DNA of 64,000 nucleotides from assembly GCF_009914755.1 (NCBI RefSeq), contig NC_060939.1; one strand, given 5' to 3'. This stretch comes from the human T2T-CHM13v2.0 reference genome, Homo sapiens. The notes beneath the pieces were generated by a model. The model searched no databases, had not been told where the DNA came from, and saw nothing but the letters and a program-made list of their open reading frames with translations. A program made the position numbers and the translations under genes. This document shows positions 25,164-40,352 of the stretch, piece after piece. Position 1 is the stretch's first letter; each line of letters starts with the position of its first letter.

Positions 25164-25857
25164 AGCCTTTCTGACAAGCACCACCCAACTACTAGTTCCA
25201 TGGAGGTGGAGGGGTTTCCGTATTATTTGATTTATCTTCATTGCCTAGAGCACAATGTGGTTCCAGATCTCAGTCAAACCCAGGAAATGAATAGATTGTA
25301 AACTAAATCCTTTCAGGGAGAGACAGAGTTCACACTTCTCAGGATCTCCACCACGCCTAGTATCCTGCTGGGCCAAAGTGCGTGCCTGGCAAACATGTCC
25401 CTGGTACTTGGACATCTCTTTCCCGCGTTCCTCTTGGCTCTCCTTCCTTCCACTACTCATTCTGCTCCTGGGAGAGTTAATGCATTGCAGGAACCCTTCT
25501 TCCAGGCCTGGTTTCAGGTGGCTGTCATGACAGCACCCCCTGAGAGCAGGCACTTGCCATGGGTGCCTTTCAGGTACACCTCAGGGTAGGGGTCGGGGGC
25601 AAGGGTGACCGTGAGGTTCACAGCAGGGGATGAAGTGAGGAGACCCCATCCAGGTAAATAACACCTCTCCTGACTCCCAACCAATGTGAGCTGCTCAGGG
25701 AAACTGTGGACCCCCTCACTGGGGTGAGGTTCTAGCTTTCTCATGCCAAGGACTCTTGGGGAAGGCAGTTTGGGATGCGCTTCAGTGATCCAGCCACCTC
25801 ACTCTTTCTAGTGAAAGGAGAAAAATGGCTGGAATCTTACATCAAGACAATGGAAAA

Positions 25858-26072
25858 CAGGGGTGTCCAATCTTTCGGCTTCCCTGTACCCCACTGGAAG
25901 AAGAATTGTCTTGGGCCACACATAAAATACACTAACTATAGCTGATGAGCCAAAAAAAAAATTACAAAAATACCTGATAATGTTTTAAGAAAGTTTACGA
26001 ATTTGCACTGGGCCACGTTCAAAGCCATCCTGGGCAGCGTGCGGCCGATGGGCCATGGGTTGGACAAGCTTG
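25858..26072 (+). mobile_element. MER30 hAT-Charlie relic
   Basis: caggggtgtccaatcttt...gaagaagaattgtcttgggccacacataaaatacactaac...gggttggacaagcttg. Confidence 0.9.
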
Positions 26073-26183
26073 ATATAAAATGTCAAGCCTGAATCTAAAA
26101 GCAGGTATCCTCAAAGTCCTCACGGCTGAAGAAGGAGCTGCTGTTCTTCCTCCCTGGAATTTGGCATTAAAGGGCATTGCAAG

Positions 26184-26525
<342 letters not shown>

Positions 26526-26900
26526 AGGGCATCGCAGGAAGTCCTGATGTCAAGGTAATGCGGCCAGGCATATCTGTTGTTGCTGACCTGAGAGCTATGG
26601 ATGCTGTGAGCAGGGGCTTGGTAGGCCAGGATAGACAAACTTCTGACCTCGCCCCTCATTCTAAAGTGTAATTCCCAGATTTTCAGTAACTTATGTACCA
26701 ACCTCTAAGCCCCTTTATGGTTGATTCATTCCTAGGTATATTAAAAATAATTCAGGTTTACATAATCTATCTCTAATTGCAAGAGTTAAGAGGAAATTTA
26801 AACTACTGCTTTAGTTGTTGGGCATATGGGTCTCTAGAGACAGGGTGTTAAGCATCACTGCATCACCACTTTGCATATAGGAAGCACTCAATAAATGTTA

Positions 26901-27242
<342 letters not shown>

Positions 27243-28679
27243 CTATGGAGCACTGCCACCTCTTCACCAAGTCTTCTTGGCTCTGAATGCCTGACAGTGC
27301 TTTCAATGTGGACACAGGCCTTGTCCCCACACAGGGTTTTTGCTGTTCTGTTTGATCAAGCCACAGAACTGGGGAGACGGCTCTGGGCCCAGCTTCCCAA
27401 GTTTGTCTTTTTCTTAGTCCTTTCCCTGAGATGCAGGTCCTGTCTTGCTCCCCTAGCCCCTAGCCTCAGCCACCCTCTACTCTCTGCAGTGCTGCATGGT
27501 TGATTCTGTATTTCCTCTGCAGCCTGCCTCTCTGTGCCACTCTCCTTGGAGAATGAGCAGAGCAGAGCCGGACGCCAGGCCTGGATGGAGTCAGGGAAGA
27601 GGTCTCAGAGGAGGGAAACTTTAGGGGAGTGTTGAGAGACAGGAGGAGCGAGCCAAGTAGAGAAGAGCAGGGCGAGTGATTCAGGCAGAGGAAACAGCTT
27701 GGGTAAAAGCATAGCATGTCTGTGACCCCTGCTTCTCAGATGGGCGGCCTTCAGGACTCTCTGGGAGCATTTGCATATCATATGTATATTAATTTATGTA
27801 TTCAATGTATGCTCAGCATTCCTATCTGGAGTGATGAGAGTGATTACGCTCCCTCCTCTCCCAACTGCACAGGCATGCAACAGGAGTGCCTTATCCAATT
27901 GAAAAAGCAGTCTCCATCCCCGAGTGAGGGTATTTCCATGCTCACTACCAAGGTTCAGGGACATGCTCCCCAGAAATAGTCTGTGATGAAGCACGTGGTA
28001 GAATAAGGCATCCCACTTCACATGAACTCTTGTTTTCTATATTTGTTTTTTTTTCTAAGTTATGATAATCTGAAAATGACAGAATTTACACAGTTGGAGT
28101 ATATTTCCTGAGATCCCACCACATAAAGAAAAGATCACAATATAAGGCATGAAGAGTGGGAACTCACAGACCCGGCGTATTCACCAGTGTGCTCCCTGAC
28201 CTGGAGAACACAACTGCAGTTGCCAGGCTGGCCCTGTGAAGCCCACAAATCAGGACACGCCACTTAATGGCACCACCAGCAACATAGCCTTCCCTTGGAG
28301 ACTCAATAATATCTGAACCCTTCACGGCGTGGAGCTGCTGATGTTCCTAACTACAAATTCAGGCTCCACAGAAAACATGGCTTCTCTTTATTTTAGATTA
28401 TCTTATTTTATAAAAAGCAAGAATATATAAAAGATATAGAGAAAAAAGGCAGACAGAAGCCACTGCCCAGTGAGAACGTGCTGGAATATAAAAATGTAAC
28501 TTGATAAAAGAAACAGTTACCTAGAACCTGGTATACAGTAAATGTATAAAGCATTTTATCTTTCATTATCTAAATGTGAAAAGGAATTAACTTAAGATCA
28601 CTTGACCTTGCAACTGTACAAAATGAATTTTTGTACATTAGTATGATCAACCAACAGTGCAATAAAATGTAAAATAATA

Positions 28680-28887
28680 TCTTAGAATCAGATTAGCCTG
28701 GGTGAAATCTTTGTCCTCCTAAACTGTATATCCTTGGAAACACCCTTGAAAGTTTCTAAAGGCTCAGTCTCTTCATCTTTGAAATGGAGATATCTGCCTG
28801 CTGAGGAGATTAGATGGTTCATGGGTATAAAGTATTTAGAGTGCTTCCTGGCACATGTGTGTGGTCAATATTAACTATTGTTATTAG
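28680..28887 (+). mobile_element. MIR SINE
   Basis: agaatcagattagcctgggtgaaatc...ctcagtctcttcatctttgaaatggaga...cctggcacat...caatattaactattgttatta. Confidence 0.7.
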
Positions 28888-29609
28888 AAAAGAAAAAGAA
28901 CACTAAATGACAGTTTTTCCATTTAAAATTCCCAAATCAGGTTTCCTGTGAAAATGGTAAAACATGAGCCAGCATTGCAGAATAGAGAGCACGTTTGGCC
29001 TAGCTACTGAAACTGGGAAAATGCTAGGAAAGCCAAGTTCTTGTCCTGGTGCTGAACTGCCTTCCGTCTGGTGTGGGCACGTCAGATCACCTTGCCGGGG
29101 CTCTTTCTCGCTTCAGAATAAAGTGTGAATGGAGTTAGTGCTGGATAATGTATCAAGCCCATACCAGCCACAACATTCCAGAGTCAACCTCGAGGGCAGC
29201 TGTGATGGCAAAAGTCAACACAGTACATTTTATAAACCATAATTAGAGGACAGAGTGATCAGGCCTATTGCCCACATTATGTAATTAGCCCTCTGCCTAC
29301 AGGGAGGGAGTGCCTGTGTGCAATTATGCAATCACATTTTGAAGGGAAAGACACCAACTCACATCACATCATCAAGAACAATTATGATTCACTTGAGTCA
29401 CAGTTTCCATCCGCGAAGGTTGTCCAGGTAATTTTAGTCTGTACCTTTGTAGTGCCAAATATTTAAATAGTTCCTTATTTTTGCAATGCCTTGCAATACA
29501 AAGGCACATTTACATGACCCACTCTTACTGGCTTTATATTAGACCGTCAAGTTACATCCCATTATACCTGGACCATAACCTACTACTCCCACACAAGCAA
29601 ACTGCAGGG

Positions 29610-29765
29610 ATCTCAAACTTTAGAACCAAGAGAGTCATCAGGGAGCTTGTTAAAAATGCTGACCCTCCTCGCTCTATATTGATTCTGCAGGTCTACTGTG
29701 GAGCCCAGGGATGTGCTCTTTTTAACAGCCTCTCCAAATTCCTCTGGTGTCAGTGGTCCACAACA
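29610..29765 (-). mobile_element. MER5-family relic
   Basis: gagcttgttaaaaatgctgac...tgattctgcaggtctactgtggagcccagg...ttttaacagcctc. Confidence 0.65.
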
Positions 29766-30199
29766 TGAAAAAAAACTCAGATTTACCATGGATAGCTTTG
29801 GTGGAGACAATGCAGATGGTTGCAGGACCAGCATTACATGAATTGAGGCTTCTGTGCCTCCCCCAGTCATTGGGAAGCATGAAAAGCTACTGCCCAATCC
29901 CCCCATCCCCTTTCTTGGCACAGAAGCAGAACTCTAGAATTTCTAGGCTATAAGCCAACTTGGGAGCAATAAACATTCCCCAAGTTCCCCACTCCACCCT
30001 GTCCCTTCACACATAATGAAGCTGCTTCATTACCTGCCCTGAGCTACTTAACTCACTCTTCCCCATCTCCCAGCAACAGAGACTAACATCAATCACTAAG
30101 TGTTCCCAGTACATCAAGCAAGGAGAATCTTGAGTCCAAAGCAATTGAGAAAGCAATGTATCTAAGGCTCCAGAATGTATCACAAATTAACAATAGTGT

Positions 30200-30640
30200 T
30201 ATCACTGGAAACTCAGCTCAAATGTCACTTCTTCCAGGAAGACTTCCTTAAAGGTAACCCCTCCCCACAGAATCTGTTTAAGATTTTCCTCCTAGGTAAT
30301 AACATGACATGCCCACAAAAATCTTCACCACAGGTAGCAAGTATCAAATGTACTATAACTGTTTGTAACTGTTTTATTTAGACTACGTGCTCCTTGAAGG
30401 TGGGGGCCATATCTGTATCATCTTTACATCTGCAGCTCCCCTCTGTTTCACCTAGTTAATTCTTACTACTCTAAGTTAAACTGCCATTTTCCCATGAGAG
30501 CCTTCCCTAACGTAAGTCAGTCCTTACTATAAATGCTCATCCCACCCTTTTCTTCTCTTTTCCAACACTTCATGATGCTTCTATTTTCCACATTGACTGG
30601 TTAAACCATGTCTCTGCAATCCCACTAGCTCCATGAGGAC
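30200..30640 (+). mobile_element. L2 fragments
   Basis: aactcagctcaaatgtcacttcttccaggaagacttcc; tagactacgtgctccttgaaggtggg. Confidence 0.6.
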
Positions 30641-31502
30641 ATCAAAGGGGAATAAAACAAAAAAAAGGTATTCAAATAATATCTCTTTAATAAATAAATA
30701 GATTCAGATGACAATAATACTAGCCTGGGAGAGGCTGGTCAGAGAATATGGGGCAGAGTGGGATACCTGGATGTTCTACCTTTAAGGTGCTGTTTGATCT
30801 TGGTTGCTTCCTACTCTTGCATTCAAAGAATCCAGTATAAAGCTCATGCTGGTAAAAGTTTGACTGCAACACTGGGAGAGAAAGGACCTTTTAGAGCACA
30901 AAAATTACCTGCCAAGACCTTGTTTCCATTGCATAACCCCTAACTTTCATGCAAGACTCTGATGCTACTCCTTTAATCTGACTACATTTCATATTCTCCA
31001 ATAACTTCTCCATTCTACCCCAAAAGCAGGCAATTTATCTTTCTACCATGGTCAGTGTTCCCTTCAAGGTTGGTTGCAACTTGGGTGAAATATCTCAGTG
31101 GAAAGCCAACAACTGAATCCCATGCTCAATTTTCCTCTTCTGGGCTAGGGTTTGGGCCTTTTACTTATGTCTATTTGTCTGAGAAATTTACTAATGCGTC
31201 TAGTGGTTTTTATGATTGTAAAGACCCAGTTTGCAATGGTATATTGGCACTCATCTACATTCCACATGCATCAGGAGCTTCCCATTTTCACCTATCACTC
31301 ATCAACTTTTAACAAACACAGCCTAATGATTCCATGGTGGTAGACAGGCATTGTGGAACCAGAAAGGAACATGACTCTGCTATGTGTTCATTAGCCGTAA
31401 TAACACTTCAGAAAAGAAACTTAAGAATGTTACATGTGTACTATAAAATTTCTTTCATCTGGGAAACTTTTTTTAGGACCAAAGTGACAAAGATGTGAGT
31501 AG

Positions 31503-31996
<494 letters not shown>

Positions 31997-32157
31997 TAAG
32001 ACCAAAAAAAAAAAAAAAAAAAAAAAAAACCCAAAAAGGTGGATAGCCTAGGCCTTGGTCCACTGAGCACTGTCATTTTTGGCAGCTGCATTAAAGGTAC
32101 GATTGTGGAAAAGAATGGCTGTAACCCTGATTTCAATGTCAGAGGTTAAAGATTTAG

Positions 32158-32526
<369 letters not shown>

Positions 32527-35500
32527 TAAACTTTTAAACTCTCATTAATTTTCAACTTGTGCAATTTCACTTAAAACTGCCTCTAATGATGTTGTCGACA
32601 ACGAGGGTAATGGTAGCCATTTGTTAAATACTTTTATAAATTTCAAAAATTATGGCAGGTGGACATGCATCTCTCATTTAATGATTTTAAAAACAATTTT
32701 AAGATTGTTATTTCTTTCCTCTTCAGATAAGAAAATCAAGAATCAGAATGATTAGGTGAAATGCCCAAGACCAGACAAATAAATGGTGGGACAAGGATTT
32801 AAACACTGGTGTTCTCATCCGGTACAACATGCTGTCACCCTCAAAATATATACATATGTACTGCTGCCAGGTTCAAGGAACAAGTCCAAGTTTATGCAGT
32901 CCTGCTCTATAATGTTCATCCCATCCATTCTCAGCTTCCTACATAAAAGATACTAAATGCGTTTGCCCTTCCAAGGTAATATCTGAAATCCCTTGGCTAC
33001 TTTAGCCCTGTCAGATCCTTCCTTGGTTTTGTTAGGTTGTTCTTGAGGAGTATTGGTCTAGCTGTAGATGATATTATGAATGGCCAGAGGGTCAGAGATA
33101 TGCTTTTGGTCTTTGATTCCAGCATCCTCCATGATTATACCCAGCACTAGGTCTCTGAACCAAAGCCATATTTTGGTCAAAATATTTGGAGAAATGTCTG
33201 AAATGATTTATAAGCCCATTTTCTAGGTTATCACCTATAATTCTGGCTGCTCACCTCCAGTTGTAATTTGAGGTGTTTCTTTTTCCATAGGTTTGGTTCA
33301 TATGGATGCTCTTCAGTCTCTTTTTAACACACTTGGCCCATGATGGCTTTGTATTTCTCTGTTAGAAAGATTCAGAAGTTTCACTACACAAAACGTATAG
33401 AGAAGTGTTAAACTGGATTAGCTCTAACGGTGTGTACTGTCTATAGTTCTCCATTCAGAGAAGTAACATTGTATATCTAACCACTGTTTCCTCTCTTGAA
33501 GATAGCCTCCACCCATGAGAGTGTTTCCTCTGATATTACGGTCATTAACAATTTTGATGGAAGGAAATAGCTGGAAAAATTCACTATGTCAATTGCATTT
33601 ATTTGTCAGAGTCTCATGATAATGGTTCAATTGTTCCATGTTCCTTGACATCCTGGACTCAACTTCAGAATATTTCATTGCTCTGGGCATCTAAATGTAT
33701 ACAAGCAAAGCAGAGTAGGTGGTTGCACAATTGTTCTATAAAGCTGAGCTATCCATTTAGTCAATATAAACCATTCTGGGAAGAACAGGATTTCTTTGCT
33801 CACATCAGGAGTCTCAGGTACTGGAAATGACCACATTCACCCATGTATAAGCTTTAGCTTAGCTCATTTAGCTCAAGACCTGCAACAAGTCACCCAATAA
33901 AATAGCAAAAATTTTCTTGGGCACACAAGCAGTTAAAACCATTTCTCCACTCAGTGAGATGCAGAAACAAGTACTCTTGAAAAAACAAAGAGAAATTAGT
34001 CTGATAATGGAAAACCACTGAAAGCAATTTATGAACCATTTCCCCCTGACAATATAGAAACTCTTAATATACTGTACGTAATTCAGGGTCGGTCTTCTTT
34101 TGATTCCTTCCTTCTAATCATCCACCTTTCTAGCAGTAATACTGACATCTGAATCTCTTTTTCTCACTGTTTCAAAGGGATATACGATAGCAAAAATGGC
34201 TATGCAGTGGATGAAGCTAAAAGCTTGTATTGTTTATTCAATGGTACACCTCTGATAATTTAAAAAGAAGATTAATCAACCAGCTGTGAAACCAAATATT
34301 TGCAGAATCTAAGCACTTATGTAAAAAATCTACATTTGTAGCTGTGTGCCCTTAAATAAATAAACTAGTTGATCACTGCAAATTAAAAGAACTTAAATGG
34401 TAAAAACTGCCATTTCTTTAAAAACGATGACAGTGAAGAAAAAGCTTTTGCAAATAAAATTGGGTGGAGAATCTAATAAACAGGGAGCTATGCCATCCCA
34501 AAGGAGAAAAAAGCAAAAAGAAATTTCAGAAAAGATAACAAATTAGTTTAGCAAAGTCACAAAAAGAGAGGGCAGACAAAAATAAAGGCATAGGATGCAG
34601 CGTCCAGGGAAAGAGGAAGGGGCGAGTGGAAACAGCTGGAATTGTTCAGCTGTGTCAACATTCGGCTGTTTCACAGATTGACTAGCAAAGTGTCATCTGA
34701 AACCAATTACATTCCCAAAACCCCACGGACCCAGTTCATAACATTGATTAATCCACATTGTGAAAAAGTCCCCAAGCAAAACTAGAACAGCTGTCAGCCC
34801 TTGGAGCTCAAAAAACAGCAATTGCTTGAGGAAAAAAAAAAGGAAAGAAAAAAGAAAAGAAAAGAAAAGAAAATCTCCTCTTGAAATTTTAGGGATTTTC
34901 AGGAGGTATGTCTACTGAAACCGAAGATAGATTTAAAACGAACTCCTCCACCTCCTGTCTGTTTGAGCACAACTGGCTATAATTAGAAAAGCAGGGGTCA
35001 TGTTAGAATAAACCCAAAGTCCATTCCCAAAGTCAGAACAGAACTGCCTCACAGTCTCTAATACCTTGTATCTTTTTGCTCCTTTCTGGAGAAAACACCA
35101 TCGTTTGATGTTTTTAAAAGTATGTTTATTTTTTCTTCTCATTATTTTAAATGCATTAATCTACTCCCTTTGGGCCCATAAAAATGTAGTTATATGTTAT
35201 ACGTTTTCTATTAAAAGCTGTTTTTATACCGTTTGTTCTATTTCACAGAGGTAGAAGAATACATAAAGTCCTCGATTTGCAAGCATCCAACTTGTGCATG
35301 ACTCAAATACAAAAATGGCGACCACACCTCTCTGATGTGCAAAACTACTGGTATAGGAGCCTGTAAAGGTTTTCACACACACCCGTATGCCCCCATGGGA
35401 TCCTAGATACCTCGTACCTTCTAGCAAAGCCACTCATCCGAAGATGACTCACTCATGGCAAATGCCTTGGCCTTGACTCTGAAGCTACTGCAGCTAGAAA

Positions 35501-36324
35501 TCCACCACCAGGTATGGTAGAAGAGACCCCAACACCATATAAGCAGCCACGAACATCTCCTTAAGAAGTCTCAATTTCTGTAGACCCTGGCCTAAACTCA
35601 CCACTGTGAGGATGCAGAAGTTGTAGGCATCTGATCCTTTGGACAGATTTTTTCCACGGAAATAAAATACATGCTTATTCATCTGCTCATTCATTCAGCA
35701 AACATTTATTGAATGTCTATTCTATCTCAAACACTGGGTTGTACCCAAAAAAGCAATGTTAGCTTACAAAATGTTTGCACATGCTGAATTTTGTAGATGG
35801 GTAAACTGAAGCTCCAAAAGGTTTAGTGACCTGCCCAGGGCCATCTAACTAGTAGGTGTTGGAGTTTGTACTCAAACTGAAGGCTATCTGATAACATTTC
35901 ATACTCTTTTCAAAAACCATATTTACTACATTATGCTTGACACAGGTTTTCATAAGCTAGCAGGGGAGCCCAAAAGCATGCAAAATATAGCTTCTACCTG
36001 GAGATGCATTCCAAGTTACAAAAAACTGGGTATAAATTGGACTTTAAGAACATAAGCGGTTTACATATTCAGATTACATTCTACTTTTGCTCTCTCCTCT
36101 GTAAATACCCCATTAGTAATCTAACGGACTCCTCTGCTGAAAAGCCATAGTGTAATTGCAAGTTTTATGAATTGAAGTATGTCTTTGATACACTTATCCT
36201 TTTTCTTCTGCATGCTTATGCATATGTAGCACTAACCAATATTACCAATATGAGGTTGTTTCTAAGTCAAAGCATTCAGAGAAACACAAACCTTGACTTC
36301 ACTGGTACATCCTTGGATTTGAAA

Positions 36325-36952
36325 AAGGGGAGGGGAAGGGAAGGGAGGGGAGGGGAAGGGAATGGAGGGGAGGGGAGGGGAAGGGAGGGGAGGGGAAGGG
36401 AAGGGAGGAGACGGGAGGGGAAGGGAAGGGAGGAGAGGGGAGGGGAAGGGAATGGAGGGGAGGGGAGGGGAGGAGAGGGGAGGGGAAGGGAGGGGAGGGG
36501 AGGGGAAGGGAGGGGAGGGGAGGGGAGGGGAAGGGAGGGGAGGGGAGGGGAAGGGAGGGGAGGGGAGAGAAGGGGAGGGGAGGGGAAGGAAGGGGAGGGG
36601 AGGGAAGGGGAGGGGAGGGGAGGGGAAGGGAGGGGAGGGGATGGGAAGGGAGGGGAGGGGAGGAGAGGGGAGGGGAGGGGAGGAGAGGGGATAAGAAGGG
36701 AGAGGGGAGGAGAGAGGGGAGGGAAGAGGTGGGGATAAGAAGGGAGAGGGGAGGAGAGAGGGGAAGGGAGGGGAGGGGGAAGGGGTGGGGATGGAAGGGG
36801 AGGGGAAAGGGGAGGGGTAGGGAGGGGAGAGGGGAGGGGTGGGGAGGGGAGGGGAGGGGTGGGGAGGGGAGAGGAGGGGAGAGGGGAGGGGAGAGGGGAG
36901 GGGTGGGGAGGGGTGGGGAGGGGAGAGGGGGGAGAGGGGAGGGGAAGAGAGG
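36325..36952 (+). repeat. G-rich pentamer tract (AGGGG/AAGGG/AGAGG)n, ~625 bp
   Basis: Almost pure purine, dominated by G3-G4 runs. Confidence 0.97.
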
Positions 36953-39900
36953 ACCCACAATTCACTGAGCCATACAAAGGAACAGGCTTATTCTTTGGAT
37001 TTCAGAACTGAGATGAAGGTTACCGAAAGCAACAAATTATTTTAGATGTAAAGACAAAGTGTTACTAAATACTGTTCTCCAAATAGTAATAACATTCCTG
37101 GAGATTTGCAATAGGTACCCTCCCTACTGAGTTTTGAAGGATGTGTTGGGTGGGACAGGGTATAGTGAATGAGTAGAGATGGGGTAGAGGGAGGATACTC
37201 AAAGACAGGACAGTAAGAAACAACCACTAAAGTCTCTAGACAGATCCTCTGATTCTTTTTACTATTTTTTCACCCTGGAGGATATTTATAATTATTGTTT
37301 TTTAAATGCTCATGATGTCACAGATAAAGAACACCAATTGCTCCCAATAGAACTCTAACTACAGTATGTGTTTACAAGAGCAAATTACTGTTTATACACG
37401 GACAGGATTGTGAATGAGGCAAAGAACATTACAAATTATATGTTACTAAAGAAAAGCCAAAACATTTCCTTTTTTTTTTCTTTTTATGAGAAGACATCAT
37501 TACCTGTATATGCCCCCTCTTCTCAGTTCCCTCAATGGACATTGGCATTGATGAGCCCATAAGTACATGATAAGCCTACAAGGACAATAGTGAGTTTATA
37601 TTTTTATGTAATGATTTTAGAACATGGGATAATATCCAGAGTGATGGAGGTAAAACTATTCACATTTCCATATTCCAAACTACTTCAAGAATCACTAGAG
37701 TGCAGAAGTTATAACTCTAAATGCTGAATGGAGAAATCATCTGTCCCAAGAACTACACCCATATGACTTTCCAATAAATCTATCTCAAAAGGCCTACCAT
37801 TTAACAACAACAGCAACAACAAAACTTTAAAAGAACCCAAATGAAGTTTTGTATAAGTTGGTGTCTTTTTTTCTATACATTTTGAATGACAAAAAGCTGC
37901 TGTGAGCTACACTGTTTTTATTTTATTATAAACCATTCTTATTTTATAAAACACAGCCCTACTCCCAGAAAAAATATTTTTGTGAACTAATGGGGGTCAA
38001 GACATATATCTGAGGCTACCATATGACCCTAAGAAGAACCCAAGGAATGCAGTATTAGGACTGCCTCATTGTTTGAAATATTGTTTTAAGGATTAAATGA
38101 GTAAAGCCCATGTACAGTGCTCAGAACAGGGCATGGCCCATAATAAAAGTGTTGGAAGCATGTTAGGTGTTCAAAATCAGTGTTTGCATTCCAATGGAGT
38201 TCCAGGAAAAGTGAATTCCAGGAATTTATGTTTGGGTAGACCTAAGGTAGTTTTGCACCAAAAGAAGACTTTGAAAACGGAGGGTTTCCTGTCCACTTTT
38301 CGCCACCATCAATTGCATCTTTTCTTAACTCTCTGTAGAAAAGAAGCTGAGAAAGAGCAGACAGTGCATGTCTGCACTGAAGTACAACTGGCCAAGGGCC
38401 GGACATGGTCTCTCTTCTCTTGCTTCTGTGCTGTAAACGGCTCCTCTGAGCAGTTCCTTGAGATTCGTAAGCCAAAGGCTTTTGTTAGATTGTGAGGCAA
38501 GGTAGAGGGCAGGGCGCAGGTATACCATTTGTCACAACAAGCTTCCTTACCACTCCTGTTTTATTTAAAACTCCGCTCCTGTTTTATTTAAAACCAAAAC
38601 ACTCAATCCACCATGTGGGATCCTTAGTAGCACACATCTCAAAAGCTTGCACTCATTCAGGGTTGGAATGGGCAGTGAAGCTTATCTAGGCACATTTCTT
38701 CACAGCCCTGTCATCGGGGTTCAAATTCTCAAATGGCATGAACTGCCTAGCAATAGTGCCACTGTTTTTACTGTAGGGCTGTGACTTGCCTCCACCTAAG
38801 GGAGTTTCAATGATATGGGCTTAGGGAATACAGGGAAATAGACTTGTGCAGAGCTGAGAAAACCTCAGAATTCAAATTCGCATCTCAATGAATCACGTAC
38901 CCGACTTAAAGTAAGGTAACCATTAAATAGGAATGCATATCTTGCCTTCCCAAGCTACTTCCTACATCAATGTAATTATGCTTCGTCCATCTTTAGATGA
39001 GAGGCAGGCAATCCATGTTAGATCTACTTTAAAAGAAAAAAAGATGTTGGGGTTTTCTGGAGTTACTCAATTTCTCCACAATGTTTTGGCACCCTAAATG
39101 CCAAGCATCGCTGAATCAATTGCTAAATTTCAAAAGGCATGCCCTGGCTTCAGATACATTAATTTTCTGGAATAACAAGCAGTCCATTTTAATGAACATA
39201 AGATACTATTTCCTTCATCTTACCACTCATAACTGAGCTTAGTGATAAAACGTGGGGTGGCTCAGAACCACTGGTGGGCTTCAGTGGTTTTCTACTCAAG
39301 AACAATGTCAACTACAGAATGGGGGTTAGATACAAATCCACAGGGTGTGCTTGCTATTATCATGAAGAGCAAAAAAGCTCCTCCAGGCCCCCCACCATCA
39401 TGCCAACACACTTTGATCTCACTTCCCCTTGTGAACGCTTGAGAGGATAAGCCTGTCCCTGTATATGAAGCCTTAGCTGCAGTGCTGGATATATTTACGT
39501 TACCCTTTGCAAGCCTAAAAGAACAAGATCAAAGGAAAATAAGACTGGTGCCCATTAGAGAAGCCATTTGAGAACCCATAAGTCATCCATAAAGGAGTTA
39601 TATAATTTAAAAACATACAAGCACCTACTCTGTCCCAGACCCTGCCCCGCAGTAGCCAACAATCCACTCAGTGATACAGACACAGACATAGATACTGGAT
39701 ATGGCAATTATTCTGTTACTTCAGAAAGAAACCATTTCTTCTTAACTAAGCCACAGGCAGTATATCTACAAATGGGTTTAGAGTTGGCTTGAAATTGATT
39801 CTGACTTTGAAATGCTGGTAAGGGAATAAGTCATATCTGTCAATGCTTATCCTTCCTTCTTATAGGAATAATTTTTAAAAAATCATTATTCTACTGGACT

Positions 39901-40011
39901 ATTCCAAGGGAAAGTTCATGAGGGTGGTAGACTCCTGGGAATATTTCTCAATGTTCTAGCTCCCATCTTTTGCTTCAGGTGAGGTACAAGCCAAACTGTG
40001 GACTGCAACTA

Positions 40012-40352
<341 letters not shown>

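Noticed and set aside
24923-25241. Poly-Ser, poly-Phe and poly-Leu ORFs
   Set aside because: Three frames of the TTC repeat
36325-36952. Identity with the RFC1 CANVAS AAGGG expansion
   Set aside because: No adjacent Alu tail, and the tract is a heterogeneous AGGGG-dominated mix
36172-37045. Longest ORFs (188-233 aa, Pro/Ser/Leu- or Gly/Arg/Glu-rich)
   Set aside because: Translations of the stop-free AGGGG/AAGGG tract in several frames on both strands; no coding signature
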